A DNA stretch of 64,000 nucleotides from contig VJWM01000063.1 of assembly GCA_010909165.1 (NCBI GenBank), positions 1,364,001 to 1,428,000 on the forward strand, read 5' to 3'. Of the stretch, positions 35,837 through 49,719 are shown one piece after another (the first letter of the stretch is position 1; the number at the start of each line of letters is the position of its first letter). The position numbers and the translations under genes are program-made. The notes below the pieces were generated by a model. The model was not told where the DNA came from and ran no database searches. It was given only the letters and a program-made list of their open reading frames with translations. This DNA comes from Anthoceros angustus. Taxonomy: Eukaryota > Plantae > Anthocerotophyta.

Positions 35837-36044
35837 TATTGGGAGTTACATGTTTAGTAACTGTCCTTTACCACATGTCACTGTAGCAGTTTAGGTAGTT
35901 CGCAATCAGTTGTAGCGGTTACCACTTCCAGACTACTTAAGAACCATTTGTAAACACACAATCATAACGCCTCTGGATTATACGTTCTTCTCCCTCGGCC
36001 TGTGATCTGTTCTGAGCATCATGCAGATGCTTCCGACTTCTTTA
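35837..36044 (+). repeat. 3' LTR of Copia-2
   Basis: Follows PPT AGTGGGAG; TATTGGGAG...CTTCTTTA; TSD GTTGG follows. Confidence 0.92.
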
Positions 36045-36049
36045 GTTGG

Positions 36050-36285
36050 GAAGCCTCATACACTGGGCTTCTGGGCAAGAAATCAGTGGTGGATCAAGGA
36101 CGGCAACATCCCACGGGAAACGATAGCATGGAACGCGGGGGGTAAGAAGAGCACACAAGCACCATCTCGGGCACAGTCTGGTACTTGTACTTGGTAGCGT
36201 AGTGCGAATTGCCCCGCCATGTCCGGATGCAGGCTCTCTAAAGTTTGGCACACTGATTGGGGTGGGATTGCAGCTGCTTATCCCC
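36050..36285 (-). promoter_or_regulatory. Displaced 5' UTR/promoter of PPO-A
   Basis: Collinear with 59420-59645 upstream of PPO-B (e.g. caggctctctaaagt.tggcacact.attg). Confidence 0.75.
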
Positions 36286-36359
36286 ATCCAACAAGGATAA
36301 TATTTGAAGGGGGCTTAATATACATAAGGGGCTCTTGGGCCTATTATACGCGGAAGGGG

Positions 36360-36990
36360 TTTGTGATGGGCACTGAAAGTAACACCCCCTCAACGGGGTG
36401 GGGGAAAACCACGCAGTTAGAAGCAAAAAACCAGAGTAAGCACCAGACACAGCACTAGGTCTCCAAGTAGCTACTCAAGCATGCCTTAACTGAAAAGACT
36501 CCCGCCCTCCTCTTCTAGGAGGAATTGCAGACAGCACCCTTGCCGCTGCTCTTTATTCTCAAACCACGGAGTCAACAAGAACATACAGAGCTAGAGGGCT
36601 AGAGAGAACTCCCCATCTTTGCCTAAGCTAGGAGCTTAGCTCTCCCTTCACTTGACCTCCTCCACAAAGCTCCTTCACAGCACTCCCCTTAGGTGCTTAC
36701 AGCCCAAGCAACAAGTGCTCTCAAGGCACAGCCCAAGCAATAAGTGCTCTCAAGACATAACTGTCCTGGCTTTAGCCTAGGGCTAGGTCTCCTTTTATAC
36801 TCAAGCCCTAGCTACAATCTTAGTAACTACTTACTTAAGCTTTAAGCTATTATTTACTACCATACACTTCCTAGGGCTGCATGCTTAACATGCTCTTAGT
36901 AAGCTGCTCTTCTAAACATGCCTCTGCATGGAGCTTTCTTGCAAAGCACTCAAGCCAGCTTTGTTACTCTGAAGCCTCATTTCGGACACA
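36360..36990. repeat. LTR-like remnant
   Basis: gtaacaccccc start-like motif, ...cggacaca end, TATA-like ttttata and an internal 26-bp direct repeat. No TSD found. Confidence 0.3.
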
Positions 36991-37118
36991 TTCGTAAAAC
37001 AAATACCTTAAAAATTAGGGTCGTAATTGACTAGAGTCCAGGTATCTCCCTTTGCAGAAACCCTTATTAAGAGTGCACAATTGGACAACCATTCGTTTAC
37101 GCCGTTTTGATGTCCATG

Positions 37119-38633
37119 TGTAAACGATCTAGTATTGTAAACTCCCTGTTGAAATGTGTCTTTGAGTGATTTTTTTTGTTGTTTGCTTAAGAGTGGTGTC
37201 AAAACGAGCTAGGTTGTCAGTAGGAAGGGATATTTATACTAGAAAGTGTCCTTGACCTATGAGTTTTGGGTTGTTTCCTGGGTTGAATAATAATCGGTCC
37301 TTAGACTATGAACTCGATACTCCTTGGCCTTTGGTCTCGGAATATCTAATAGAAAGTCTATATATGGGGGGAAGGGGTCCCCATATTTGGCGAGGTCCGT
37401 AGGCTAGAGGTCGAACCAACCGGGCGGTAGTTGAACTGTGTGTGGTCGCCGATCGTGGGACTATGTTTCAAGACGGTTGGCGAACTGACGGGCGGTCGTG
37501 GAAGGAAGGAGGTCATGAAGAAGAAGTGGTAGCGGAAGCCAGAGGCGAGGGGAAATATAACCCTAAGGGAACTCGGAAAGGCACGAGGCGCGGGTAGCTC
37601 AGACAATTCTGGCGGGGCACGAGCTGGAGGCATGAAGGGCGAGGCCACAGTGGCGGCGTGAGCTCGCGATTCTGGAAGGAAGAAACCACAGGGGGCCAAG
37701 TTGGAGATTACGAGGCGAGTTATCAGCAATTGGTAGGCGGTGAGGGTTTTGCAGAGCATGGCGCCCAAGGTTGCAGGAATTAACGCCTAATGGCCAAATA
37801 TGGACCATTGAGGGTCCGAGGTGGAGGATTGGTGAGGGAGCGGGACTTGGGATCATGGAAAACAAAGGAGAGTTTATGGGAGGATTTTCCAGATCAAGAA
37901 CGAGGAAGGAGGACCCATAAATTCAGAAGAAAGGACGAAGGGCCAAAGCACCAAATCGGAGGGTGCGGAGATAACATGGGCAGGGAGTAGTGGCATCCTA
38001 GGAATAGAACTTTGGATAGGATGCCATCCTGGACCTAAGGCCGTCCGAAATTGTAGGGGCGCCTCTTCGCGTTCAGCCGTTTTTAGGACCTGGAAAGTCT
38101 GGTGGCTATGACGCCCCAGCAATTGTATAAAGGGGCTTGGTTGTGCCCCTCACATCAGATAACTCCTGGTTGAGATCCCCACGCTGCCTGTGGCTGGTTG
38201 GAGACGTCCGATTGACAGAGGTGGTGTGCGAGACGCTCCTAGGGGTGGTCGAGAGCTTGCTCCGCAACCGGGAGGAGGTGATGGAGCAATCTTGCCGACA
38301 AAGGAGGAGGAAACCAAGGGATTGGCGCGGTCCGGAGCTTGCTCAACGCCCGCCGTGACGCCTGGGGTTCTTCTTTCCTTCACCTTGTCCCCAAAGTTGT
38401 GTTCAAATTGAGAGAGAAGTGTTGAGTGGATGGTTGGAAGCCTGGGCGAATTGAGGAGAGAGAGAGAGAGAAGAGATTGGGTGAAGGAGAGATCAATCAG
38501 ACGCTGGCGAGGTGTGAGAGAGGGAAGAGAAGGAGGAGACTAGCAAGGAGATTGTGTGAATTGAGAAACTCAAACCGGTCTTGCGGTGGAAGTGCACAAG
38601 GAAAACAAGGTAGAAATTGTGTGGGGTGGCGCC

Positions 38634-38670
<37 letters not shown>

Positions 38671-39040
38671 AGCGAGGTATTAGTGGAACTTTGGTCCCTA
38701 GGAATCGGTGTGTGTGTGCAATAAAGTCCGATCAGGAGCAGCCGCCTGGGTGATGGCCGCCGCCGGAAATAAGCTAGCTAGGGTTTGGTGTGGGACCCAC
38801 CTCGGTAGTCAGCAACTAGTGAGCCACGGGTGGAATGATTTGTGGTCGGGAGAGTCCGTAGTTGGGTAAGACAAGGTAGTAGTAGAGTAGATAGGTAAGA
38901 GTAGTAGCGGTAAGTGACTTAGGTGAAGGTCGATAGAAGTTAGCGCCTGGCACAAACCATTCCCTTGGGAGCGAATCCTAAGCCTACAACGACATTGAGG
39001 GTGAATGTGGACCTCACGGTCCCTAGACACACACTCCACA
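37119..39040 (+). repeat. 5' LTR (about 1.9 kb) of the Ty3 element; contains (GA)n and (TG)n microsatellites
   Basis: Homologous to 46057-48017. (TG)n at about 38636-38667. Confidence 0.85.
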
Positions 39041-40559
39041 TTTTGGCGCTGTCGGGAATGAATCGCCAAGGACGAGGTAGAACTAACCATAGCTAAGTAG
39101 AGTCTAGCATTACTAGATTGATAGATGGATGCCTCGGGAGACAAGCGACTCGATCCGACTGGGGAAACGCTCGCAAGACGCAACGCCAAGCAGAAAGGTA
39201 GAGTTACGAGGAGAGCACGGGGAGACACCGGACGAGGAAGAGGGACAGGAGTCACCGAACTAGGGATCGGATCTCGATCGATTCCCAACTCTCGCAAGGG
39301 GGTACTGCCCTCCCACCTTGTCTTTTGATTCGCTCAGCCGCCCACAAACTGTGTGGAGGTCACCGACGTAGTGTGGGCAACTACCCGTGAGTGGAACGGG
39401 TCGTGGAGCGAGATTGGGTCGAGGAGTTAGGTCGTGGTAGTTAGACAAGAGGAGGTAGTAGTAGTAGAGTAGATAGGTAAGGAGTAGTAGCAGTCCTCGA
39501 CTTAGGCAAGGTTGGAGCGATAGAAGTTAGCGCCTGGCACAAACCATTCCCTTGGGAGCGAATCCTAAGCCTACAACGACATTGAGGGTGAATGTGGACC
39601 TCACGTGTCCACATTCACACTCCACATTTTGGCGCCGCTGTCGGGAATGAATCACAAGGACGAGGTAGAACTAACCATAGCTAAGTAGAGTCTAGCATTA
39701 CTAGATTGATAGATGGATGCCTCGGGAGACAAGCGACTCGATCCGACTGGGGAAACGCTCGCAAGCGACAACGCCAAGCAGAAAGGTAGAGTTACGAGGA
39801 GAGCACGGGGAGACACCGGACGAGGAAGAGGGACGAGTCACCGAACTAGGGATCGGATCTCGATCGATTCCCAACTCTCGCAAGGGGGTACTGCCCTCCC
39901 ACCTTGTCTTTTGATTCGCTCAGCCGCCCACAAACTGTGTGGAGGTCACCGACGTAGTGTGGGCAACTACCGGTGAGTGGTGGAGCGGTCGTGGGGAGAT
40001 TTGAGTCGAGTTAGGTCGTGGTAGTTGGACAGAGTCGGAGGTAGTAGTAGTAGAGTAGATAGGTAAGGAGTAGTAGCGGTGAGTCCGACTTAGGCAAGGT
40101 TGGTAGCGATAGAAGTTAGCGTCTTTTGGCACAAACCATTCCCTTGGGAGCGAATCCTAAGCCTACAACGACATTGAGGGTGAATGTGGACCTCACGGTG
40201 TCCCCAGACATTCACCCCACATTTTGGCGCCGTTGCGGGAATGAAATCAGGACGTAGGTAGAACTAACCATAGCCTAAGTAGAGTCTAGATTACTAGATT
40301 GATAGATGGATGCCTCGGGGAGACAAGCGACTGGGCGACGTGGGGCGCTTCGGCAAGCGACAACGCAGCGGAAAGGTCAGAGTCTCAAGGAGGCGCGGGG
40401 AGGACACTGCTGGGCGAGGAAGAGGCGAGTCCGGAATCGGGATCGGATCTATCAGATTCCCAACTCTCGACCGGAGAAGTACAAGGGCCGGTACCCACCT
40501 TTTGACCTTCGTTCACTGCCCGGCGCAGTCAGTCAAACTGGGTGTGGATTGCAAGCAAT

Positions 40560-43500
40560 CGGTCACGTGGTAGTCAACTACGCATCGTTGAAAGTACTAC
40601 GTAGCTATGGCTACTACCCAGTTGTTACCACTAAGCAATCTTACCCGCTGTATGGAGAAAGAAGGGCCATGAGGATCCCGACGAGTTTGTCGAGCTGCTT
40701 TGAGCACCGACGCCACAACCGTGAGGAGGATGCGAACGTGCCCACTGCTTTATGGAGTCTTACGCGAGCGCGCCAAGTGGTACAAGCGAGTACATAGCTT
40801 CTTCCACACCCCGCCTACCTTTGGGGCCTCAAGAGAGCTTTTGTGAAAGGTTTAGGGAGTCGATGTGGAAGGATATGTCTTGTCCAAACTCGAGGGATTG
40901 CAGAGAGGGAAGAAGGAGACACGCAGCTTATGTGGAAAGGTTCCACACCTACGGATCGGGCCGGTCCGCACTGAGCTAATGGCCATTCATTTGGTTTGCA
41001 AGAGGATTGGGCGGAGATGGGAAGACACGGCGCTCCAAGCCGAGAAAGATTTGGATCGGGCGATCAAGGCCGCTCGAACTATGAGGAGTCCAACGCGAAG
41101 AGAAGAAGAACTCAACAAGGGCGCATAAGGACAAAAAGAAATACAAAAGAAGAAGAAGTACTATTCGCCCTCCGATGCCCCAGGAAGATAGCTCACCGAC
41201 TCTGTAGTTCCACTAAGAAGAGACCAATGAGGATTCGGAGGAGAATTCCGGTGAGCGTCAAGGGATAGAAGGAAGAAGGGAAAATGAGGGAACAAGACGA
41301 CGTGCAAAGGGAAGGAGCTGCTATATGCACGAAAGGACGCGGAGTGTGAGAAGAGAGGTGGAAAAGAGCCAAAAAGGTGGAGCAACAAGGAACAAGATGG
41401 AGGAAATGATGGTCAAACCGAGAAACTCCATCTTAATGCCATCAAGGACCACGATAGGAGAAGGGTTGCTACCGGAGCGCGGCGAATCTCTTGCTCAACT
41501 TGTGGACAGTAGGGCACTCGAGGTCGAACTGCCCACAAACAAAAGTGCACAATCTACGAGGAGGAAGAGGAAGAGGAGATGTGCTTGGAAGATACATACC
41601 AAATTCAAGAGGCGACGCCTGGTACAAAAGACTATACCCCTCAAGTTTACGAAACTCACGCATGGGCATATTCAATCGATGGCAAGGAACCCGGGCAAAT
41701 GAGTGCCATTCGTTACAATTGCCGAGGGTTCGCATCTTGCTGGATGCCCCTCCGCATCTCGCTGTGGGAATGGTGATTTTGAAAGGTCGTGTGTGGATTG
41801 CAAGCAATCGTCACGTAGGCTCCTCGCCGATACACCAAAGAAACATGTGAGGATTGCTCAACCTCCTTCGACCCACCCACCCAGACAAAGAAAGCCCGCT
41901 ACGAATGCAAGTCAAGATGCGCTCATGGTGGGAGGATTCCGAGGCCAGCACCGAGGAGCCCGGAAGGGTTGGGGGATGGACAGTGGTATTATGAACTCCC
42001 GCCATGGTCGCTCGAACGCGGAGCGAGAGAGGAAGGCGACACCCTAAGAAGGGGGAACGGGGAAAAGAGAAGAAGAAGGAGTGGAGCCTCCATAACGTCC
42101 GCAAGTGAGGAGGAAGAGGCGCCTTCATCAAAGGGAAGGAAGGGGTCCAACCACAAAAGGCCGACGAGGGACCGTGATGGGGCATGAAAAGGGCATGCGA
42201 ATCCAAATGGACGGGAGCAAGGCATAACGCCACACCCAACGCGAATTGCGATTTTGGGGGCACCACGGTGTAACCCCTTTGACCGGATTCGAGGTGAAGT
42301 GCAACTGGGCTACGAGGAGGAGGAGGAGATGTGCTTGGAAGATACATACCAAATTCAAGAGGCCGATTTGCAGGTACTCAAGACCCCCCTCAAGTTTACG
42401 AAACTCCCGGGGTATGCTCGGATAAGGAACCCGGGCAAATGAGTGCCATACATTGTTACAATTGTCGAGGGTTCGCATCTTGCAGTGGTTGCCCTCGCAT
42501 CTCGCCGAGAATGGTGATTTTGAAGGCATGTGTGGATTGCAAGCAATCAGGTCACGTAGCTGGCGTCCTCTGCCAGACACCAAAGAAACATGTGAGGATT
42601 GCTCAACCTCCCATTCTGGCACCCACCCCATGAGAAAGCCGTTGCGGCAATGCAAGTCGAAGATGCGCTCATGGTTGTATGGGAGGATTCCGAGGCCAGC
42701 ATACTGAGGAGCCTGGAAGGGTTGGGGGATGTGGACGGTGGGTATTACGGAACTCCTGCGATGGCTGTTCGGGAGCGAGAGGAAGGCGGACACCCTAAGA
42801 AGAGGGAGCAGGGAAAAGAGAAGAAGGAAGATTGGGAGCCTCCATAACGTCCGCAAGTGAGGAAGGCGTCTTCATCGGAGGAAGGAAGGGGTCCAACCAC
42901 AAAAGGCCGACGAGGGACTCGGTATGGGGCCGTGAAAAGAGGCATGCGAATCCGGACGGGGGCAAAACGAACGCCACACCCAACGCGAATTGCGATTTTG
43001 GCACCGGGGTAACTCCTTAGCAGCCGAGCCCGATTCGGTGAATGAAGAAAAGGCGAGAGAGCGTGGAACTCGAGTCAACACATGGCGAAAACCCGCAAGG
43101 AAAAAGGATGAGTTGGCGTTTCCGCGGATGTCGAAGGAAGTTATGGAGATGATCCGAGAGAATCGGAACAGACCGACACATATTTTGCCACCCCACCGAC
43201 CCACCTACCGCCTGTTTCAACGATCAACACTGGAGCTACGCTGAAATGAGTGGGGTTGGCAAGGAGAAGAAACAAATGGCGTTCCTTTCAATCATGGAGG
43301 CCATCATGGACCAAAAGTTCATGATAACATTTGACATTCGTGGAATCACCGATCGCCAAAGATCCGGGGCATTGAAGGCGGCACAACCCAAGAAGAGGCG
43401 AACCTTCCACCCCAAGGCCGAGGCCCTTGCTGTGAATATGGTGGCCATGGTGACCAAGGTCCCGCGAGCTGATAGAAATCTCGGGATGTGTAATCAAGAA

Positions 43501-43760
43501 GGTGCCGCTGATCGGGTCCGGGTCAACATCATGACGGAGGACACTTGGGGGGAGATAGAACACACATCCAAGGTGCGTCTTGCGGACATGTCCAGATGAC
43601 ACCGTGGGGGAGCGATCGAGTTCTAACCCATATTGGTACCATTCCGCACCTTATGGACTATGTGGTCATCAAATGTAAAGCTCCGGATATGACGCTTTGA
43701 TTGGCCGGACGTGGATGTATGGGGCACTGACCTTCAAGTGGGCAAGGAAGGAAGTGGGCT
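40560..43760 (+). pseudogene. Ty3 gag (two zinc knuckles) and aspartic protease, frameshifted
   Basis: LKRAF...YVLSKLEGLQRGKKET; CYNCRGF..L; CVDCKQSGHVAG; protease-like D.GSGVNIMTEDTW. Confidence 0.75.
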
Positions 43761-44189
43761 TCAAACCTGGACTGGGACCCCAAGGTTAAGGAAGGGAGGA
43801 TATGTTTATCTTGGAGTCGAGATACGACGCAGAGAGACACGGAAACAGATATGGTTACACCTGAAGACACATTTGGGGAGGAGGATGAGAAAGAGAAGTT
43901 CCTTTGCCCACATTTCTTGGTCGGATGAAGAGCGGACTATCGAAGAGACATTCCCACTCCATCACCGGTGGGTTGTTATGGAGTGACAGCTGACCGTGTG
44001 GAAGGTACTGGTGTGGAAGGTACTACTGCGGTAGTGGAAGGTGGAACGACGGTTGTGGAAGGTGGTGGGACGGATGTGGAAGTTGTTCCCGATGAAGCTT
44101 TGTTCGCGGCAGAGATGGAGGGGGAAGCGGCCTGGCAGAATCGGAAGACGGCAAGTGATGGTGGTGCGGCAGTAAATGAGAAGGGGAGA

Positions 44190-44545
44190 TCCGGATACAC
44201 TAGGCCTACTTATTCTGAAATATTTGAGTTCCTGGAATCGGGCAGCATCCCCTCGGACCTTTCGAGGCAACAACAAGATGCCTCAAAGGCATTATTCGAG
44301 TCCATTTGTCCGCCAGTAGACTTATATGGAGGGACCGGACGGAAGAGAAAGGTTGTGGTGGTACCGTGACTTGGACCTACCATATGACAACAGATATATG
44401 CACTTTCTGCAAGCTTCACCTTCGATGGATGGGGCCATATAAAGTCCTTGAAGTTTTCGCAAATGGCTCCATACACCCAATGCTAGACGGGCACCCCTAC
44501 CAACCGTGTCAACGGTTGGAGAGTCAAGAAATATTACACATGAGT
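44190..44545 (+). pseudogene. Remnants of the RH-IN connector fused to the integrase C-terminus (GPY)
   Basis: YSEIFEFLESGSIPSDL.. joined directly to DNRYMHF.GKLHLRWMGPYKVLEVFANGS..RVNGWRVKKYY (a cleaner copy is at 45830-46020). Confidence 0.75.
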
Positions 44546-46056
44546 TGGCGAGGGCGCCAACAAATGAGAAGGGAGTATGTAAACGATCCGTATTGGAAAC
44601 TCCTGTTGGATTGTGTCTTTGAGTGATTTTTGTTTTTGTTAAGTTTGGTGTCAAGAAGAGCTAGGTTATGAGTAGGAAGGGATATTTATAGTAGAAAGTG
44701 TCCTTGGCCTATGAGTTTTGGGTTGTTTCGGGTTAATAATAATCGGTCCTTGACTATGAACTCGATACTCCTTGGCCTTTGGTCTTGGAATATTTAATAA
44801 AAGGCCTATATATGGGGAGGGGTCCCCATATTTGGCAGGTCCGTAGGCTAGAGGTCGAACCAACCGCGAGTTGAACTGTGTGGTCGTGGTGGGGGTGTCG
44901 GGACTATGTTTCAAGACGGCGAACCGGCGGGCGGTCGTGGAAGGAAGGAGCGGTCGCGGAAGAAGAAGTGGTAGCGGAAGCCTGAGAGTTTCCGGGAAAT
45001 ATAACCCTAAGGGAACTCGGAAAGGCACGAGGCGCGCGCAGGGTAGCTCATAATCTCGACAGTGGCACGAGCTCGCACGAGGTCAGAAGGGCTGCCGTGG
45101 CGGCGTGAGCTCGCGATTCTGGAAGGAAGAAACCACAGGGGATTGACCAAGTTGGAGATTCCGAGGCGAGTTATCAGCAATTGAGGCCTGCGCGTGAGGG
45201 TTTTGCAGAGCATGGCGCCCAAGGTTGCAGCGAATTAACGCCTAATGGCCAAATATGGACCATTGAGGGTCCGAGGTGGAGGATTGGTGAGGGAGCTGGG
45301 ACTTGGGATCATGGAAAACAAAGGAGAGTTTATGGGAGGATTTTCCATCAAGAACGAGGAAGGAGGACCCATAAATTCAGCAAGAAAGGACGAAGGGCCA
45401 GCGACCAAATCGGAGGGGGTGTGGAGATAACATGGGCGGGGAGTAGTGGCATCCTAGGAATAGAACTTTGGATAGGATGCCATCTTGGACCTAAGGCCGT
45501 CCGAAATTGTAGGGGCGCCTGCTCACCGCTTTTAGGACGGAAAGTCCGGTGGCTATGACGCCCAAAGAATTGTATAAAGGGGCTTGGTTGTGCCCCTCAC
45601 ATCGAGCAACTCGTTGAGATCCCCACGCCGTGTGGCTGGTTGGAGACGTCCGATTGACAGAGGTGGTGTGCGCGAGACGCCCTAGGGGTGGTCGAGAGCT
45701 TGCTCCGCAACGGGAGGAGGAGGTGATGGAGCAATTTTGGCGACAAGGAGGAGGAAACCAAGGGATTGGCGCGGGCGGGTCCGGAGCTTGCTCGTAACGC
45801 CTGGCCGGACGGAAGAAAGGTTGTGGGTGGTACCTCGTGACTTGGACCTACCATATGACAACAGATATATGCACTTTCCAGGCAAGCTTCACCTTCGATG
45901 GATGGGGCCATATAAAGTCCTTGAAGTTTTCGCAAATGGCTCCATACAGCTCCAACAGTTAGACGGGCGACCCCTACCAACCAGGGTCAACGGTTGGAGA
46001 GTCAAGAAATATTACACATGAGTTGGCGAGGGCGCCAACAAATGAGAAGGGGAGTA

Positions 46057-47554
46057 TGTAAACGATCTGGTATTGGAAACTCCCTGTTGGATTGTGTCTT
46101 TGAGTGATTTTTGTTTTTGTTAAGTTTGGTGTCAAGAAGAGCTAGGTTATGAGTAGGAAGGGATATTTATAGTAGAAAGTGTCCTTGGCCTATGAGTTTT
46201 GGGTTGTTTCTGGTTGAATAATAATCGGTCCTTGGACTATGAACTCGATACTCCTTGGCCTTTGGTCTTGGAATATCTAATAGAAAGCCTATATATGGGG
46301 AGGGGTCCCCATATTTGGCAGGTCCGTAGGCTAGAGGTCGAACCAATCGGGCGGTAGTTGAGCGGTGTGTGGCCCGGGTGTCTGGGGACTATGTTTGACG
46401 GTTGGCGAACTGGGCGGGCGGTCGTGGAAGGAAGAGCGGTCGCGGAAGAAGAAGTGGTAGCGGAAGCCGGTTGGCGGTGGTAGAGTTCGGGAAATATAAC
46501 CCTAGGGAACTCGGAAAGGCACGAGGCGCGGCGTGGCGCTCAGACAATCACAGCGGGGCACGAGCTGGCAGGCAGAGGCGAGCCACAGTGGCGGCGTGAG
46601 CTCGCGATTCTGGAAGGAAGAAACCACAGGGGGACCAAGTTGGAGATTCCGAGGCGAGTTATCAGCAATTGAGGCGGTGAGGGTTTTGCAGAGCATGGCG
46701 CCCAAGGTTGCAGAAATTTGCCAATGGCCAAATATGGACCATTGGAGGGTCCGAGGTGGAGGATTGGTGAGGGAGCTGGGACTTGGGATCATGGAAAAAG
46801 CAGTGGAGAGTTTATGGGAGGATTTTCCGGAACGAGGAAGGAGGACCCATAAATTCAGCAAAGGACGAAGGGCGGCGACCAAATCGGAGGGTGCGGAGAT
46901 AACATGGGCGGGGAGTAGTGGCATCCTAGGAATAGAACTTTGGATAGGATGCCATCCACGGACTAAGGCCGTCCGAGGGCGCCTCTTGGCGTTCGGCCGT
47001 TTTAGGACTGAAAGTCGGTGGCTATGGCGGCAATTGTATAAAGGGGCTTGGTTGTGCCCCTCACATCGAGATAACTCTGGTTGAGATCCCCCGCTGGCTG
47101 GTTGGAGCGCAGGTTAGAGGTGGTGGTGTGCGAGGCGCTCCTAGGGGTGGTCGAGAGCTTGCTCACTGGGGAGGAAGGAGGTGATGGAGCAATTTTGGAC
47201 AACGGAGGAGGAAGCCAAGGGATTGGCGCGGGCGGGTCCGGAGCTTGCTAATAACGCTGTTGGCCTTGGGTTCTTCTCCTTCACCCTTGTTCCTCGTAGT
47301 TGTGTTCAAATTGAGAGAAGTGTGAGTGGATGGTTGGAAGCTGGGCGAATTGAGGGAGAGAGAGAGAGAAGAGATCGGGTGAAGGAGAGATCGTCAGACG
47401 CTGGCGCGAGGTGTGAGATCGTAAGTGGGAAGAGTAAGTGAGCGGGCGGAGCGTTAGCAAGGAGAATTGTGTGTGAATTGAGAAACTCAAACCGGTGCTT
47501 GCGATTGGAAAGTGCACAAGGAAACAACGCTCTCGGTAAAACCGTGGGGTGGCG

Positions 47555-47591
<37 letters not shown>

Positions 47592-48017
47592 AGCGAGCGA
47601 GGTATCCTAGGGACTTTGGCCTCTAGGGAACGAGTGCAAGGGTGTAGGCCAATAACATCCGATCGCAGGAGCCGCACCCCGTGTGGGATCCGCGCCGCAA
47701 CCGAAGATGGGTTACTAGGGTTTGGTGTGGGACCCACCTCGGTGGTTGTAGCAACTACTCCTGTGGTCCTAACCGGGTCGTGGAGCGAGATTTGAGGTCG
47801 AGGAGTTAGGTCCGTGGTAGTTGGGTAAGACAGAGGTAGCCGTAGTAGAGAAGATAGGTAAAGAGTAGTAGCGGTCCGTGCTTAGGCAAAGGTTGGTAGC
47901 GATAGAAGGTAGCGCCTTTTGGCACAAACCATTCCCTTGGGAGCGAATCCCGTGACTACAACGACATGGAGGGTAAATGTGGACCTCACTGCCCCACGAC
48001 ATGGGTCGTCACCCACA
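46057..48017 (+). repeat. Complete 3' LTR of the Ty3 element
   Basis: Preceded by a PPT, ends CACCCACA plus TSD CCATG. Partial copies at 44578-45810 and about 48345-50155. Confidence 0.85.
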
Positions 48018-49679
48018 CCATGTCACGTCACCACTACCGCAGTATATAATTAGAAAAATATAAAAACATTCAAAAGTCGTATGGACTTGACACATGGTTA
48101 TGATGCTCGTGTTTTTCTACATCTTACCAGAGAAGAGAGAAGTGAACCATTTCCCGGAGGCAATAGGGTAATTGGACGGCGGCATGCCGACGCCACTGGT
48201 GGATTCACACCGTGTGGCAGACGGGTTCAAATGAACATAGGGTGGACAAGTAGCTCTCATAACCTATAGTTATACCTATTGTGTAGTAGTTTGGCCAAAG
48301 CTGGCTTCGGGTTGTACCAATGGACAAATATATCACCACCATAAGAGGTTTGGGTTGTTTCGGGTTGAATAATAATCGGTCCTTGGACTATGAACTCGAT
48401 ACTCCTTGGCCTTTGGTCTTGGAATATCTAATAGAAAGTCTATATATGGGGAGGGTCCCCATATTTGGCAGGTCCGTAGGCTAGAGGTCGAACCAAGGCG
48501 GTAGTTGAGCGGTGTGTGGTCGTGGCGGGGTGTCTGGGGACTATGTTTCAAGACGGTTGGCGGGCGGGCGGGCGGTCGTGGAAGGAAGGAGCGGTCGCGG
48601 AAGAAGAAGTGGTAGCGGAGCGGTTGGCGCGGGAAATATAACCCTAAGGGAACTCGGAAGGCCGGCGGCGGCGGGTAGCTCAGACGATCACACGAGCTGG
48701 CAGGCATGAAGGCGAGCCACAGTGGCGGCGTGAGCTCGCGATTCTGGAAGGAAGAAACCACAGGGGATTGACCAAGTTGGAGATTCCGAGGCGAGTTATC
48801 AGCAATTGAGGCGGTGAGGGTTTTGCGAGCATGGCGCCCAAGGTTGCAGAAATTTTGCCCAATGGCCAAATATGGACCATTGGAGGAGGTGGAGGATTGG
48901 TGAGGGGGACTTGGGATCATGGAAAAAGCGTGGAGAGTTTATGGGAGGATTTTCCAAACCGCGAGGAAGGAGGACCCATAAATTCAGCAGCAAAGGACGA
49001 AGGGCGAGGCGACCAAATCGGAGGGTGTGGAGATAACATGGGCGGGGAGTAGTGGCATCCTAGGAATAGAACTTTGGATAGGATGCCATCTTGGACCTAA
49101 GGCCGTCCGAAATTGTAGGCGCCTCTTGGCGTTCGGCCGTTTTAGGACTGAAAGTCCGGTGGCTATGGCGCAATTGTATAAAGGGGCTTGGTTGTGCCTC
49201 ACATCGATAACTCTGGTTGAGATCCCCACTGTGGCTGGTTGGAGACGTCCGATTAGCGGAGGTGGTGTGCGCGCTCCTAGGGGTGGTCGAGAGCTTGCTC
49301 CTCAGGAGGAGGTGATGGAGCAATTTTGGCGACAAGGAGGAGGCCAAGGGATTGGCGCGGGCGGGTCCGGAGCTTGCTCGTGGCGCTGCGGGTTCTTCTC
49401 CTTCACCTTACAGTTGTGTTCAAATTGAGAGAAGTGTGAGTGCATGGTTGGAAGCTGGGCGAATTGAGGAGAGAGAGAGAGAGAGATTGGGTGAAGGAGA
49501 GATCGGGTGAAGGAGAGATCAAATCTTGCTGCGATCGAGGTGTGAGATCGTAAGTGGGAAGAGTAAGAATTGAGGCGGGGCGAGCGGTGGAGTGTGTGTG
49601 AATTGAGAAACTCAAACCGGTGCTTGTTGGAAGTGCACAAGGAAACAAGCTCGTAGAAGCCAGGTGTGGGGTGGCGCCC

Positions 49680-49719
<40 letters not shown>

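Larger units (their letters stand above)
9257..36044 (+). mobile_element. Ty1/Copia LTR retrotransposon Copia-2 (host of two nested insertions), inserted just upstream of the PPO-A start codon
   Basis: LTRs 9257-9453 and 35837-36044 (TA...TA); PBS at 9454; PPT AGTGGGAG before 35837; TSD GTTGG at 9252-9256 and 36045-36049. The empty site GGGAAG-GTTGG-GAAGCC matches the sequence upstream of PPO-B. Confidence 0.95.

Noticed and set aside
36360-36990. Intact solo LTR with TSD
   Set aside because: No matching flanking duplication found. Kept only as a low-confidence LTR-like remnant.
38636-38667. (TG)n and (GA)n microsatellites as independent features
   Set aside because: They are integral parts of the Ty3 LTR and recur in each LTR copy (about 47557, 49681).
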